A DNA stretch of 64,000 bases, taken from Methanobacteriota archaeon (lineage in GTDB: Archaea; Thermoplasmatota; Poseidoniia; Poseidoniales; Thalassarchaeaceae). Each line of letters opens with the position of its first letter. The first letter of the stretch is position 1. The DNA lies in NCBI GenBank assembly GCA_018650285.1, contig JABIGF010000014.1:683-64682 (forward strand), written 5' to 3'. Position numbers and translations under genes: made by a program. Under the pieces are notes generated by a model that was not told the origin of the DNA, searched no databases, and saw only the letters and a list, made by a program, of their open reading frames with translations. Positions 47,934 to 58,228 of the stretch are shown here, one piece after another.

Positions 47934-49523
47934 TCACTCTTCATCTTCTTCTTCTTGACCTTCTTCTTCACCGGCTGCAGCGGCAAAATTGGCACCAATA
48001 TCAGCCCAATCTCGCTGCCATTCAGAATCTACATCGCCGCCTTGCCATTCACCCTCGATAGCAATCTCATCGACTTCAAACTCTTCACGCCAAGGTGGGT
48101 CCTCTACACTACCGCTTACAATCAAACGATTATGGCTATCGAGTTGACTCTTGACTAGTCTAACACCTCGTGAAATTGGCAATAAATGGCCAACAGGAGT
48201 GCCGGCTGTGACAAATGGGTTTGTTGCAGAACAAATCAACAACCCTCTTTCAGGGGATAAAATATCTGCACTTCGGCCCGGTTTATGTGGGTCAACAATA
48301 CGGCCGATAATATCGTCTTTCTCAATGAACGAACCTGATTGTACAAACATATCTACAAGCCCTCCTTCTTCTGCCCGAACCCATGTTGAACCAGAAGCAA
48401 GTAATCGGAAACGTGGACGTGAAGGATATCCTGGAATCACCTTCAACGAGCGCAATACATTCAGCACACCATAAACCGCGACTTTTACCGCTTCATGATC
48501 TGTCAAAGTAGCTCCACCACCTTCGTAAGTTAACGCACCAATGCCTTCATCTGTAGCGTTTCTGCGTAATGTCCCACGCGGCCCCTTTGAATCAAGTACA
48601 ACCTCTACACCAAACGCACGAGCAATTCTATTGCTCCCAGAGTGAGCAAGATTTGCCCTCACCTGTGGAAGATTTGTCCTTCCTTTTGCTGCAGAATGCA
48701 AATCAATTAGATAATCCGATGAAATAATGAGATTTTCCCATATTTTATCTGCTACTCTACTAGTCGTGTTACCATCAGGAGAACCTGGGAATTGACGATT
48801 TAAATCACGACCGTCAGGGAAGTATCTACTGTGACCGCGGTATCCTGGCGGATTGAGAATTGGTACAATTCTAACTGTGCCCGCCATTGCATTTGGGTCA
48901 AGTGCTCTGCCAGAACCTGTCATTGATTCTTGGCAAAGCATACTGCAAGCTAATGGGCCAACTAATTCATCACCATGGATCGCCCCTGTAACTGTTACAA
49001 CTGGCCCAGGCCTTGCTCCATGAATCACAGTGATTGGAGTATCCCATGATTCACCCAGTGTGACATCCAATAGTGGCATTGAAATTCTACGGATTGTATT
49101 CGGCTTAATCCGTTTATTCTCAATTCTGTGTTGTTTTGCGCCTTTTGCACGGTCCCAATCCAAACGCTTTCCCGTTTTCGCCTTTGAAAGCGATTTTTTG
49201 ATTGTCGCCCGTCTTTCCTTAGGAATCTGGTTGCTCACCTTCAATGCTGTTTTACTACTATCAACAGTCTTTGATTTGCTTTTTTTGCCCTTCTTCGACT
49301 TTGATTTCGGTGGCGATTTCTTAGACGGAGAGGTTGTCTTTTTCGCCGTAGATTTCTTCTTTGTTTTGGGTTTCTTTGTATCAGCTTTTGCCGATAAATT
49401 TGTCACTTTACCAGACTTCTTTTGCGCCTTTTGAGTAGACGCTTTTTTTGTTTTTTGGGCAACGCCTTCCTCTTTAGAGGAAGAGGTAGAATCAGAGTCA
49501 GTTTTTGATGGCATCAAATACAC
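47934..49523 (-). CDS. Succinylglutamate desuccinylase/aspartoacylase (M14-like) family protein with a Lys-rich N-terminus and acidic C-terminus
   Basis: Motifs IHGDE, DLNRQFPG, IDLHS and YEGG, plus a barrel-sandwich-like segment; low-complexity termini. Confidence 0.87.
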   Translation of the reverse strand: MYLMPSKTDSDSTSSSKEEGVAQKTKKASTQKAQKKSGKVTNLSAKADTKKPKTKKKSTAKKTTSPSKKSPPKSKSKKGKKSKSKTVDSSKTALKVSNQIPKERRATIKKSLSKAKTGKRLDWDRAKGAKQHRIENKRIKPNTIRRISMPLLDVTLGESWDTPITVIHGARPGPVVTVTGAIHGDELVGPLACSMLCQESMTGSGRALDPNAMAGTVRIVPILNPPGYRGHSRYFPDGRDLNRQFPGSPDGNTTSRVADKIWENLIISSDYLIDLHSAAKGRTNLPQVRANLAHSGSNRIARAFGVEVVLDSKGPRGTLRRNATDEGIGALTYEGGGATLTDHEAVKVAVYGVLNVLRSLKVIPGYPSRPRFRLLASGSTWVRAEEGGLVDMFVQSGSFIEKDDIIGRIVDPHKPGRSADILSPERGLLICSATNPFVTAGTPVGHLLPISRGVRLVKSQLDSHNRLIVSGSVEDPPWREEFEVDEIAIEGEWQGGDVDSEWQRDWADIGANFAAAAGEEEGQEEEDEE

Positions 49524-49665
49524 TCATCCAAGTCGTAGAGACTCCATTAATCCAATGCGGGCGTAGGTTAAACAAAAAGGCGCCGCTATTATTCTCTACA
49601 AAATCAAAGATTTGCACCCCTTAACAAGGGCAAAAGAGATGGTTTGTCAGTTACACGACATAGAT

Positions 49666-50139
49666 ATGACCGATGAGGACGAGGGGGTACAAAGACAGTT
49701 TGCGCCATCTTCAATCTGTTTTGGCTGTGGACCTGCCAACGAAAAAGGATTGAAAATCAATTCAACACGAACAGAAGATGGTTTAGAACTCTGGTTCACT
49801 ACATCTGATGAACATCAAGCATTCCCTGGAATGGTCAATGGAGGCATCATCGGAACTCTTCTTGATTGCCATGGAAATTGGGCTGCGGCAATAGCAATAA
49901 TGGATGCTCGTCAAGAAAGTGAGCCGCCCTGTACTGTCACCGCATCTTACTCTGTACAACTCAGAAGACCAACCCCTGCAAATGTGCCACTGCACGTCAC
50001 TGCAAGAGTTACCGAATTAGATGGTGATAGAGCAAATGTGGAAATGGAGATGCACGCAGAAGGCAAACTTTGCGCCAAAGGAAAGGGTTTGTTCGTGGCT
50101 GTAAAAGAGGGCCACCCAGCATATCACCGTTGGAGTTGA
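49666..50139 (+). CDS. PaaI-family (hotdog fold) thioesterase
   Basis: Motifs CFGCGPAN..GL, PG.VNGG...TLLD and VTA...LRRPTP. Confidence 0.85.
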   Translation: MTDEDEGVQRQFAPSSICFGCGPANEKGLKINSTRTEDGLELWFTTSDEHQAFPGMVNGGIIGTLLDCHGNWAAAIAIMDARQESEPPCTVTASYSVQLRRPTPANVPLHVTARVTELDGDRANVEMEMHAEGKLCAKGKGLFVAVKEGHPAYHRWS

Positions 50140-50150
50140 TAGGTGAAATA

Positions 50151-50678
50151 ATGAGTAGTGCTTCTTTGGAATTTTTGCGCTACCGAGTTCTTGGAATCAT
50201 GTCTCGAATGGACGCACTTTCAGGAAAGAATTTGCAACCACTTGCAGAAATACCTTTAGCACTAATACGAAAAAATGCAACTAGATTACACGGCGCATGC
50301 CGCTTCAAAAAGGGCGTTGACAAATGGCGTCAAGACCTCTCTCCACTTCATGTCAAAGAGGTTGCTTTGCATCCTGAATCTTTGAATGATGAATGGTTAA
50401 GATATGCCGAGTTTTTGATGTTTCATGAGTTTTTACACGCACTAGGACATGGTGGCCACGATCAAATATTTCGGAACTTAGAAGCTCAATGGCCAGATAA
50501 AGATGCAAAACAAATGGGTATTAATTTTACTAGATACTTGCGACAAAGAAATGCAAAGTTTGCTTGGACTTGTCCAAAATGTAGTTGGAAAACTGAGCGC
50601 TCAATCAAATCTGGCGGGAGATACCTCTGCCGCAAATGTAAGGTGAAATTGGTTGACTGTGCGATATCAACCAATTGA
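50151..50678 (+). CDS. SprT-like zinc metalloprotease with a C-terminal zinc ribbon
   Basis: HEFLH..GH..HD..F and CPKC...CRKC; AGGTGA SD upstream. Confidence 0.75.
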   Translation: MSSASLEFLRYRVLGIMSRMDALSGKNLQPLAEIPLALIRKNATRLHGACRFKKGVDKWRQDLSPLHVKEVALHPESLNDEWLRYAEFLMFHEFLHALGHGGHDQIFRNLEAQWPDKDAKQMGINFTRYLRQRNAKFAWTCPKCSWKTERSIKSGGRYLCRKCKVKLVDCAISTN

Positions 50679-50758
50679 ATTGTTCACACTATCAAACAAA
50701 TTAGAATACAATTCATTACTACGAAGTCTCCCCTAGAAAATGATGGGGGCAATCTATC

Positions 50759-52759
50759 TTGATTCAAGGCGATAAAGACTTGACAAGAAGATTCGGCATA
50801 GCCGCATGCATAGTTTTACTGCTGATGCTTGGATTAATGCCAACAACAACATCAGCAGAATTATCGAGAACTACGACAACTCTCAACCTCGCTTGCCTCT
50901 CTGAATCGAGTTGTTTGCTAGACAATTCCGAAGTGGGAGTTGAAATGATGTCTCGTCAAGAGAGTTCTGCATCTCCACTATCGCCAAAGATAGTAAAAAT
51001 TGAATTCATTATGAATCCTGAACAATCTCATCTTGCCTTGTTACCTACGATGGTCGATGAACTAGTAATTGACCTTCGAATTCAAGAGGATACTGCTGGA
51101 ATTTCATCGCCTGACATTGTCGTTGAATTTTGGGCTGGCCCAAGCACAAACAGTTGGACACTAGAAGGGGGCAGTCCTACCTCGCCAAAAGTTGGTGATT
51201 ATCGACTTGAAAATGCTGAACTTGACCTCTCACAAGGACGATTAGTTAGGCCAAATGATGGTGTTGGACTTTCTATCTCATTTGAGATTAGAGAACCCGT
51301 AACTTGGGAGCTTCATCTTAGAGGAGATTCAAGGATTATTATTCCAATTGAATGGAGTACGAACATTGCCGTAGCAAATGTCGACGAGCCAAGCAGTGCT
51401 GGAAATCCGGTGCAAGTCTCAGATGTTGAAACGCTTTCACACGGAGCACTGCTTGATGCTGACCAAGACTGCTTTAGATTCCAACTTCCAGATCACCTAC
51501 GCGGTATGACAATCATAGTACATTGGACCTCTGTCCCTCTAGAAATAGAGCAACCTCACACCCCGCCTGAGTTGATTAGAGAGGGTGGTAAAACACCAAA
51601 AAACCCTGCCGTTAAGACCACTTACGAGGCAGGCACACAGATTACTGAAATCTATTATGAAGACCCGCCAGATGGTAGTTACCTCGCTTGTTGGTCGGGA
51701 AAAAATAACCATTTTCAAGAATACTCTTGGTTCGCAAGACTCTCTCATGAAGGATTGGGGAGTGCATCCCCTACGCAATTTTCTGGCGACGCAAACTGGC
51801 TCGCTGGAGAAGCATACGTTGGTGACTCAGATGATGTATCCAAAGTGATTGGCTCCCATGGCATTACCCTTCTTGTTGGAATAATTGCAACTGCTGCCTG
51901 TTTCCTTGGATTCGCGCTACCGAGCAACAACCCTTGGTCAAAGCGCTATATTCTTCCTGTGGCGATGCTGATTCTGATAATTGGTGGCATCGCATCGCCC
52001 GTATGGGGATTAACTGGAGAAGCGCCACGAACTGGCGAACTGACGCTTGATGAGGCGCTTAATGTCAGAATGGGAGCAATTGATGATGCGGGCCGCTCAG
52101 AAGCGGCCGCGGCTACCGCAAGTGGTTTCTTTGGCATTGCACCAGAAGAAACGCTATCTTTGAGAATGCACATAACAGGTTCACATCCCACTGGTGATGG
52201 ACGTTGGCAAGTCCACACTGAAGAGATGGAGAGCATTCGATTAGATAGTCACGTATTTGGCTGGGTTGGAGACCATCCAATGGGGGCCGATGATGAAATT
52301 CGTTTTATTCTGCAAGCAGGACGCTCCCTAACTCTTGATTTGTTGATGCTAGAAGCATTATTGGTTGTTGATGAAAAACCAGAGGGGGAATTAATCCATA
52401 TCAATTGGAAAATGAAAGCCGCCGAGCCTGCTGGTTCCGCAACTGAGCCAATCTGGTCAACCCGACCAGAATCAATATCACCTTCTGAATGGTCCACCAT
52501 TCAAGACAAACTATTCCCTGAATTATTGACTATTTCATACTGTGATTGTGGCGTTGATGGCATGGAAGTAAGTTGGCGCTCTAGTGAACTATTCAACGCT
52601 CATAGCATACCTCAAACCGTGGATGTATCTGTTGCTGGTGGTTTAGTCAACGACGAACATATTTGGTTAACCGCTGGTATTGGGCTAATTCTCTTTGCAG
52701 GGGGAATTGAATACTACCGCATCAAAGCAGCAGAAAAGTTAGCTAGTGAATACCTTTGA
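50759..52759 (+). CDS. Hypothetical exported/membrane protein
   Basis: 666 aa with a signal peptide, two internal TM segments and a C-terminal TM segment. Confidence 0.7.
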   Translation: MIQGDKDLTRRFGIAACIVLLLMLGLMPTTTSAELSRTTTTLNLACLSESSCLLDNSEVGVEMMSRQESSASPLSPKIVKIEFIMNPEQSHLALLPTMVDELVIDLRIQEDTAGISSPDIVVEFWAGPSTNSWTLEGGSPTSPKVGDYRLENAELDLSQGRLVRPNDGVGLSISFEIREPVTWELHLRGDSRIIIPIEWSTNIAVANVDEPSSAGNPVQVSDVETLSHGALLDADQDCFRFQLPDHLRGMTIIVHWTSVPLEIEQPHTPPELIREGGKTPKNPAVKTTYEAGTQITEIYYEDPPDGSYLACWSGKNNHFQEYSWFARLSHEGLGSASPTQFSGDANWLAGEAYVGDSDDVSKVIGSHGITLLVGIIATAACFLGFALPSNNPWSKRYILPVAMLILIIGGIASPVWGLTGEAPRTGELTLDEALNVRMGAIDDAGRSEAAAATASGFFGIAPEETLSLRMHITGSHPTGDGRWQVHTEEMESIRLDSHVFGWVGDHPMGADDEIRFILQAGRSLTLDLLMLEALLVVDEKPEGELIHINWKMKAAEPAGSATEPIWSTRPESISPSEWSTIQDKLFPELLTISYCDCGVDGMEVSWRSSELFNAHSIPQTVDVSVAGGLVNDEHIWLTAGIGLILFAGGIEYYRIKAAEKLASEYL

Positions 52760-52767
52760 CGGTGCTC

Positions 52768-53409
52768 TCATACTTTACCGAGTATTTCATCTAGCATTTT
52801 CTTCTCATCATCATCAATAATGCCATCTTCTAATGCAAGGCGTATCTTATTGCAATCTTCATCAGTCAAGTTTGCCGATTGCATTGCGCCTTCAATAAGT
52901 GCCATTTCAGCAGCAGTAACCTTGCCATCATCAACTGCCGCATTGATAGCAGCCCTAGTTGCAATTCTTGCTGCCTGTCGTGGAGGTATCTCCAAAGCAG
53001 TTGTGAGTGCAGTTAATTCGTCATGCTCATCTTGTGTTAGTACACCATCTTCGTACGCTCGATGATACGCTTCAAGAAGGAATTTGCCATACTGATCAGG
53101 ATGTAGTAATACATCACGGATAAGTCCATAATCCACGATTCTTTTGCTAGAAGAAGTTGTTTGACCGAGTGATGCCTGAACTTCCTTCACTGCCATATCT
53201 TTCAAACCGTGACCAACCCAAGCAAAACCCAAAGCAATAACTCCCGAAGCAAGCCATTGCATGGTTACTTCTGAAAATAATGAACCCGGATGCATCAATT
53301 GATTCAAGCCAATAACAATGAGGAGAGAGCCCCAAAACATCTCTAGCCAATCATTGACATCTTTGCCATCAGCGAGGTCATCTTCTGTCGGCTCACCCTC
53401 TGTCATCAT
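52768..53409 (-). CDS. Membrane protein with TerB-like helical repeats
   Basis: Two N-terminal TM segments; three A.xDG.x.xxE repeats (YEDGVLTQDE, VDDGKVTAAE, LEDGIIDDDE). Confidence 0.6.
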   Translation of the reverse strand: MMTEGEPTEDDLADGKDVNDWLEMFWGSLLIVIGLNQLMHPGSLFSEVTMQWLASGVIALGFAWVGHGLKDMAVKEVQASLGQTTSSSKRIVDYGLIRDVLLHPDQYGKFLLEAYHRAYEDGVLTQDEHDELTALTTALEIPPRQAARIATRAAINAAVDDGKVTAAEMALIEGAMQSANLTDEDCNKIRLALEDGIIDDDEKKMLDEILGKV

Positions 53410-53545
53410 TCTGACACGATAGACAATAGCCCTTGAAAGTATCTCGCGAAGAAGGGGATATATTGGGTACTGAGGACTTTCTCACTATTGAGAACTGCTT
53501 TTCGGACCGCTATCCTCTTGTGCCTTGGTTCGCGGACTGTGTTGC

Positions 53546-56110
53546 ATGGCGAAGGAAACGAGTGGTTCACCTTCGCATTTCGGGCTACCAAAAACAATGG
53601 TTGATTTCCTCGCAAATGTATGGGAGATTGAGAAATTTCATCCGCCACAAATTGAAGCATTGCCATACGCACTGGCTGGTGATAATTTGCTTTTAGCCGC
53701 ACCAACTGCTAGCGGCAAAACATTAGTGGCGCAGTTGGCAATATTCCAAAAAATCGTTGTCACTGAACCAGGAAGTCGCGCTATTTACATCGTTCCTTTG
53801 AAAGCGCTTGCTAGCGAAAAAGTAAGTGAAATGGAAGAATTAGCAGCACTTCTTGGGCTAAAAGTAGGAATTGGAATTGGCGACAGGGGTGGTGAAAATA
53901 GAAACATAAATGATGCTGATATTGTTGTTTGCACTTCTGAAAAATTTGACTCATTACTACGGAATAGAAGTGGTTTTCTTGACAAAGTGAGCATTGTGAT
54001 TGCTGATGAAATTCATTTGGTCAATGAAACAAGCCGTGGGCCAACTCTCGAGATAAATCTTGCACGAATCATCCACGAAAAACCAGATGCGCAAATTGTA
54101 GCTCTTTCAGCCACCGTAGGTAATGCAGTGGCTGTTGCTGGTTGGTTAGATGCCAAACTTGTAATTTCCGAATGGCGACCAGTACCCCTGCGCTATGCAA
54201 CTCTAGCAGATCTTCATGTAGAAGTTAGAAAAGAAATTAGCCCTGATGCATCTGAGCCAATTCTACCTCCACCAAAGAATTTAGATGGGCCAAAATCGAA
54301 TCAAGTTTGGGCCGTATTAACCGATACGATAGATGAAGGTGGTCAATTACTATGTTTTGTTAGTACAAGGAAATCCGCTCAGGCTGTTGCCAAAGATTTA
54401 GCAAAGCGAATGAGAAAGAAAGCGGAAAAAAATGAAGATGAGAAGTCACTAAAAATATGGGCTAAACTTTCTGAAAAATCTAAGTCTAGTGAAGGTTCAC
54501 AAACCGGTGATATTCTAGCAGAATGTCTGCTTGGTGGAGTTGCATTCCATCATGCCGGTTTGACTTCAAAACAAAGAAAATTGATTGAATCCGCCTTCAA
54601 AAAGGGCGAATTATTCTGCTTAAGTGCTACTCCAACTCTTGCTGCTGGAGTTAATCTTCCAGCCCGCAGAGTTCTCATTCGCGACCTTCGTCGCTGGGAT
54701 GGAAGTGGCAGTAATCTTCTCTCCCGAATGGAAGTACACCAAATGATGGGGCGAGCGGGAAGACCTCGATACGATAATTTTGGAGAAGCATGGATAAAAT
54801 GCAAAAACACTCTAGAGGCTGATGACCTTGCTCAATATTACTTTGAATCCGACCCAGAAGATATTGTCTCGAAACTGCATATGGAAACTCCGATGAGAAT
54901 GCATGTCCTAGCCGCTATTGCCACAGGAGGGCAAACTAACCGTTATTCCCTAGGCGAATTCTTTTCCAAAACATTCCTTGCAACCGACCTACCTCCTGAA
55001 AAACTAGCCGACAATATTGACGGCATTGTCGATTGGCTATGCAATCATGACATGGTTCAAAGGATGGGTGTTGACGATAAACTTGCGGCGGAAATCGAAA
55101 AAACTCATTTAGAAATTAATGAGAAGAGTAGCAAGCAAAACAATCAAGAAAATCTGAATGAAGATTGGGATGATACACTCCCTCCTTGGGCGAGCGTTGC
55201 TTTTGCAACTACTGGAATTAGTGTTGAATCATCTACAGAAGAAAAACACCCGAAACGTAAGGGGCCAGCAGTAATGGGATTCCAATCGGCAACCGATATT
55301 GTACGAAGCACTCACTTTGAACCACCACAGCCTGAAGATGATGCTATGACATATCAAGCCACACCTTTTGGTACACAAATATCACGGCTCTATCTAGACC
55401 CACTTTCAGGCCATGTATTGCAAACTGGATTACAAAAAGCCACAGAAATAATTGCTGGGCTTGATGATGAATTAACTCTTTCACCATACAGTTTATTGCA
55501 TCTAATTTCAACAGTCCCAGACTTCATGGTTTTATGGCCTAGAGTGGCTGAAACAGGACTTTTACAATCTAGAATGTTGGCTGGCGAATCACATGAATTA
55601 GTCTCAAATGAACTACTTCGAATATCTAAATTAGACCTTGACCCGCTTGTCCATGTCAAATGTGCTGCTTCACTAGAAGCGTGGATTGATGAAGATAGCA
55701 ATCGCGATATTGAACGAAAGTATGGTGTCGCCCCTGGCGACTTACGCCTGAGAATTGAATTAGCAGAATGGTTACTTTATGCAAGCCGTGAAATTGTAAG
55801 GTACGAACAGGGAAATGAGGAGCACTTTGAACAGGCACGCAAAAAATTAATCAAATTAATAGATGAATTACGACTACGAATTATCAATGGATGTAAGCCC
55901 GATTTACTTGAATTAGTTTCAATCAATGGAGTTGGCAGAGTAAGGGCTCGTCGTTTTGCAAAATTAGGCCTCCGTACAGTTGATGATGTCCTAGAATTGA
56001 CAGATAAAGATAGACAGACACTCGCAGATAATAGAGGATGGAGTCTGCAATTAGTTGATGGAATCATTGAGAAAGCGAAAAAAGTCAGAGGAATTAATCG
56101 CCACAGATAA
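53546..56110 (+). CDS. hel308: ATP-dependent DNA helicase Hel308/Hjm (Ski2-like)
   Basis: Motifs APTASGKT, VPLKALASEK, DEIH, SAT, FHHAGL, TPTLAAGVNLPA and QMMGRAGRP; C-terminal HhH with GVGRVRAR. Confidence 0.93.
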   Translation: MAKETSGSPSHFGLPKTMVDFLANVWEIEKFHPPQIEALPYALAGDNLLLAAPTASGKTLVAQLAIFQKIVVTEPGSRAIYIVPLKALASEKVSEMEELAALLGLKVGIGIGDRGGENRNINDADIVVCTSEKFDSLLRNRSGFLDKVSIVIADEIHLVNETSRGPTLEINLARIIHEKPDAQIVALSATVGNAVAVAGWLDAKLVISEWRPVPLRYATLADLHVEVRKEISPDASEPILPPPKNLDGPKSNQVWAVLTDTIDEGGQLLCFVSTRKSAQAVAKDLAKRMRKKAEKNEDEKSLKIWAKLSEKSKSSEGSQTGDILAECLLGGVAFHHAGLTSKQRKLIESAFKKGELFCLSATPTLAAGVNLPARRVLIRDLRRWDGSGSNLLSRMEVHQMMGRAGRPRYDNFGEAWIKCKNTLEADDLAQYYFESDPEDIVSKLHMETPMRMHVLAAIATGGQTNRYSLGEFFSKTFLATDLPPEKLADNIDGIVDWLCNHDMVQRMGVDDKLAAEIEKTHLEINEKSSKQNNQENLNEDWDDTLPPWASVAFATTGISVESSTEEKHPKRKGPAVMGFQSATDIVRSTHFEPPQPEDDAMTYQATPFGTQISRLYLDPLSGHVLQTGLQKATEIIAGLDDELTLSPYSLLHLISTVPDFMVLWPRVAETGLLQSRMLAGESHELVSNELLRISKLDLDPLVHVKCAASLEAWIDEDSNRDIERKYGVAPGDLRLRIELAEWLLYASREIVRYEQGNEEHFEQARKKLIKLIDELRLRIINGCKPDLLELVSINGVGRVRARRFAKLGLRTVDDVLELTDKDRQTLADNRGWSLQLVDGIIEKAKKVRGINRHR

Positions 56111-56111
56111 T

Positions 56112-56702
56112 ATGAGGGCGAGAGGTAGCGCCCAACTGATGGAGGAGGCTCAACCACCTTGGTTTACGGCTTGGTCCGTAAAATTTCAGGAACCTATTTC
56201 TGACCCAAGAGTCATTGCTGCAATGCTTCTGCAAAAACGACCTGATGAGAGGTGGCTATTGCTTGGCCATGCAACTCCTGTTTCAGAACGCCATCTCTGG
56301 GCAGCTTGGTTAGCACTTCGGGAAAGAGTAAACTCAAGCACAATGATTAGCAATTCAATAGATGGTGAATTCATGAGATTATTGGCTGGAACCCATCAAA
56401 TGAGTGTAGCGTTCCATAGAACTGGTGTAAGAGCGGGTGATGAAAAAGCATGGTTGGTCAGGCTGCCAGAATGGAATGAATCAATGGATGATGATCAAAT
56501 TTCAATAATTGGCCCTAGCGGAAATTATGACGATGATTTGTACCAATTAATGAGTTGGTTAGAGTGTGATTTGGTACCAGAAAGACCAACTGCAAGCAAA
56601 TTAACTATTGAAAGATTAGAACTTACAAATCAGCCTAATCAGAATGAATATTCCCTTGAACAGCAACTAATGATGAGATTGTCAATAACTGATCTTGACT
56701 GA
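56112..56702 (+). CDS. cgi121: KEOPS complex subunit Cgi121-like
   Basis: HL..A....., MISNSIDGEFMRLLAGTHQMS.AF...GV matches the Cgi121 pattern; begins 1 nt after the hel308 stop. Confidence 0.72.
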   Translation: MRARGSAQLMEEAQPPWFTAWSVKFQEPISDPRVIAAMLLQKRPDERWLLLGHATPVSERHLWAAWLALRERVNSSTMISNSIDGEFMRLLAGTHQMSVAFHRTGVRAGDEKAWLVRLPEWNESMDDDQISIIGPSGNYDDDLYQLMSWLECDLVPERPTASKLTIERLELTNQPNQNEYSLEQQLMMRLSITDLD

Positions 56703-56717
56703 AGGGTTCATAGAGCG

Positions 56718-56978
56718 ATGTCTCTGGCCCACAAATACATGGCACGCTTTCATGGATACCGAACTTGCACTACTTGTGGAACTGCAAATGCTACTGGTCA
56801 TTTCCTTGACTTACATAAAGAACGATACTGCTTACCTTGCTATTCGCGCAAAGTGAATCCTGAACACCCATCTCTTGAAGAGATGGTCTCTGCAAGAGAT
56901 GAGTCTCTTGCAACTTGGAAATGCCAAAAATGGCGCCGTTCTGATTCAAAGTTACCCAATGGGCCTCAATCATACTGA
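56718..56978 (+). CDS. Small zinc-finger-like protein
   Basis: CTTC...YCLPC in an 86-aa ORF downstream of cgi121. Confidence 0.55.
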   Translation: MSLAHKYMARFHGYRTCTTCGTANATGHFLDLHKERYCLPCYSRKVNPEHPSLEEMVSARDESLATWKCQKWRRSDSKLPNGPQSY

Positions 56979-57009
56979 TGTATCAACATCAATAACATTG
57001 CATATCCGA

Positions 57010-58059
57010 TTAATCTCGGATTCCATCTTCAGTAACGTGGAAGATTGCCTCGCCTTCTGGAAGGTTTGGAGAATCGACTAAGCGACCAATTCTTCGTCCA
57101 GCCTTTGACTTTCGTAGGTAGAGACGGAATGTGCTTGCGTGACCAACGATGTGTCCGCCGATTGGCTTTGTTGGGTCACCCCACATTGCGTCTGGTTTCG
57201 AATGAACCTGGTTAGTAACCAATACAAGAGCATTGTTTACATCAGCTAATTGTTTGAGTTCTTTCAAATGTTTATTCAACTTCTGTTGACGCTCTGCAAG
57301 TTTACCCCGCCCAAGATACTCAGCACGGAAATGGCTAGTCAAAGAGTCAACAATGACCATTTTCACTTCAATATTCTTTGACATACGCTTGATTTCATCC
57401 ACCAACAACATTTGATGTGCTGAATTGTATGCTCTTGCAACATGAATTCTCTCAAGAACCGCATCTGGATCCAATCCATTACCTCGTGCCATCTGTGAAA
57501 TTCGCTCAGGCCTGAAAGTATCTTCAGTATCAATATAGAATACTTCACCATCTAAACCGCCTTCGGATACTGGCATGATTGTATTTACAGCCAACTGGTG
57601 ACCAATTTGTGTCTTTCCTGAACCAAATTCACCGTATACTTCGCAAATTGCTTGTGTTTCAAAACCACCGCCAAATAACTCATCGAGAGCAACACTGCCT
57701 GTAGTCACTTTGAGGACTTCACTGCGCTTCTCAAGTAAAGCACCACCACTGATAAATCCGCCAATATTAGCCAATTTCTTTGCGCCATTAATGATTTTCG
57801 CTGACACAGCCTCACCAAGTTCGGCTGCGTCTGCCAATGCACTTGGAGACATTACCGCAATACCTAGCAGGTCATCAAACCCAGCTTCTCTCAACTTCTC
57901 CGCGGTTGCAGGCCCTACGCCTGGGAGGTCATCTAAAGTCGGTTCTTCTTCGGGTACCTCTACCAAAACTGTGGTCTCCTCCTCCTCTAGGGATTCGTCG
58001 ACCTCCTTCAACTCTTTCTCATCATCTGATTCTTTCTTTGCTACCATGTTTCTCATCAC
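57010..58059 (-). CDS. radA: DNA repair and recombination protein RadA
   Basis: HhH motif [45 protein letters not shown] and [13 protein letters not shown]; acidic N-terminal extension. Confidence 0.97.
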   Translation of the reverse strand: MMRNMVAKKESDDEKELKEVDESLEEEETTVLVEVPEEEPTLDDLPGVGPATAEKLREAGFDDLLGIAVMSPSALADAAELGEAVSAKIINGAKKLANIGGFISGGALLEKRSEVLKVTTGSVALDELFGGGFETQAICEVYGEFGSGKTQIGHQLAVNTIMPVSEGGLDGEVFYIDTEDTFRPERISQMARGNGLDPDAVLERIHVARAYNSAHQMLLVDEIKRMSKNIEVKMVIVDSLTSHFRAEYLGRGKLAERQQKLNKHLKELKQLADVNNALVLVTNQVHSKPDAMWGDPTKPIGGHIVGHASTFRLYLRKSKAGRRIGRLVDSPNLPEGEAIFHVTEDGIRD

Positions 58060-58180
58060 TCACTAAACCTCACTACGACCAGCGGGGGTATATCAATCAA
58101 CTATAGAGGGGGTTGACCCGGTTGAAAGTGATTCGCAATGAAAAATGCTTATTTTTTCCAAAAAACAATCAAAATTCACT

Positions 58181-58207
58181 TTCAGTTTTCATTCACAAAA
58201 AACTGAA
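58181..58207. terminator. AT-rich inverted repeat with T tracts downstream of the 58229-58684 gene
   Basis: TTCAGTTTT-N9-AAAACTGAA, with several oligo-T runs on the minus strand. Confidence 0.3.
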
Positions 58208-58228
58208 TCTGAAACTAATATTTTCCTC

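Noticed and set aside
53406..53705. 87-aa and 99-aa ORFs spanning the hel308 upstream region
   Set aside because: They overlap hel308 out of frame or antisense and have no recognisable protein features.
53546..58059. Inteins in Hel308 or RadA
   Set aside because: RadA is normal length. The Hel308 insert has no Cys/Ser start with His-Asn end and no LAGLIDADG motif.
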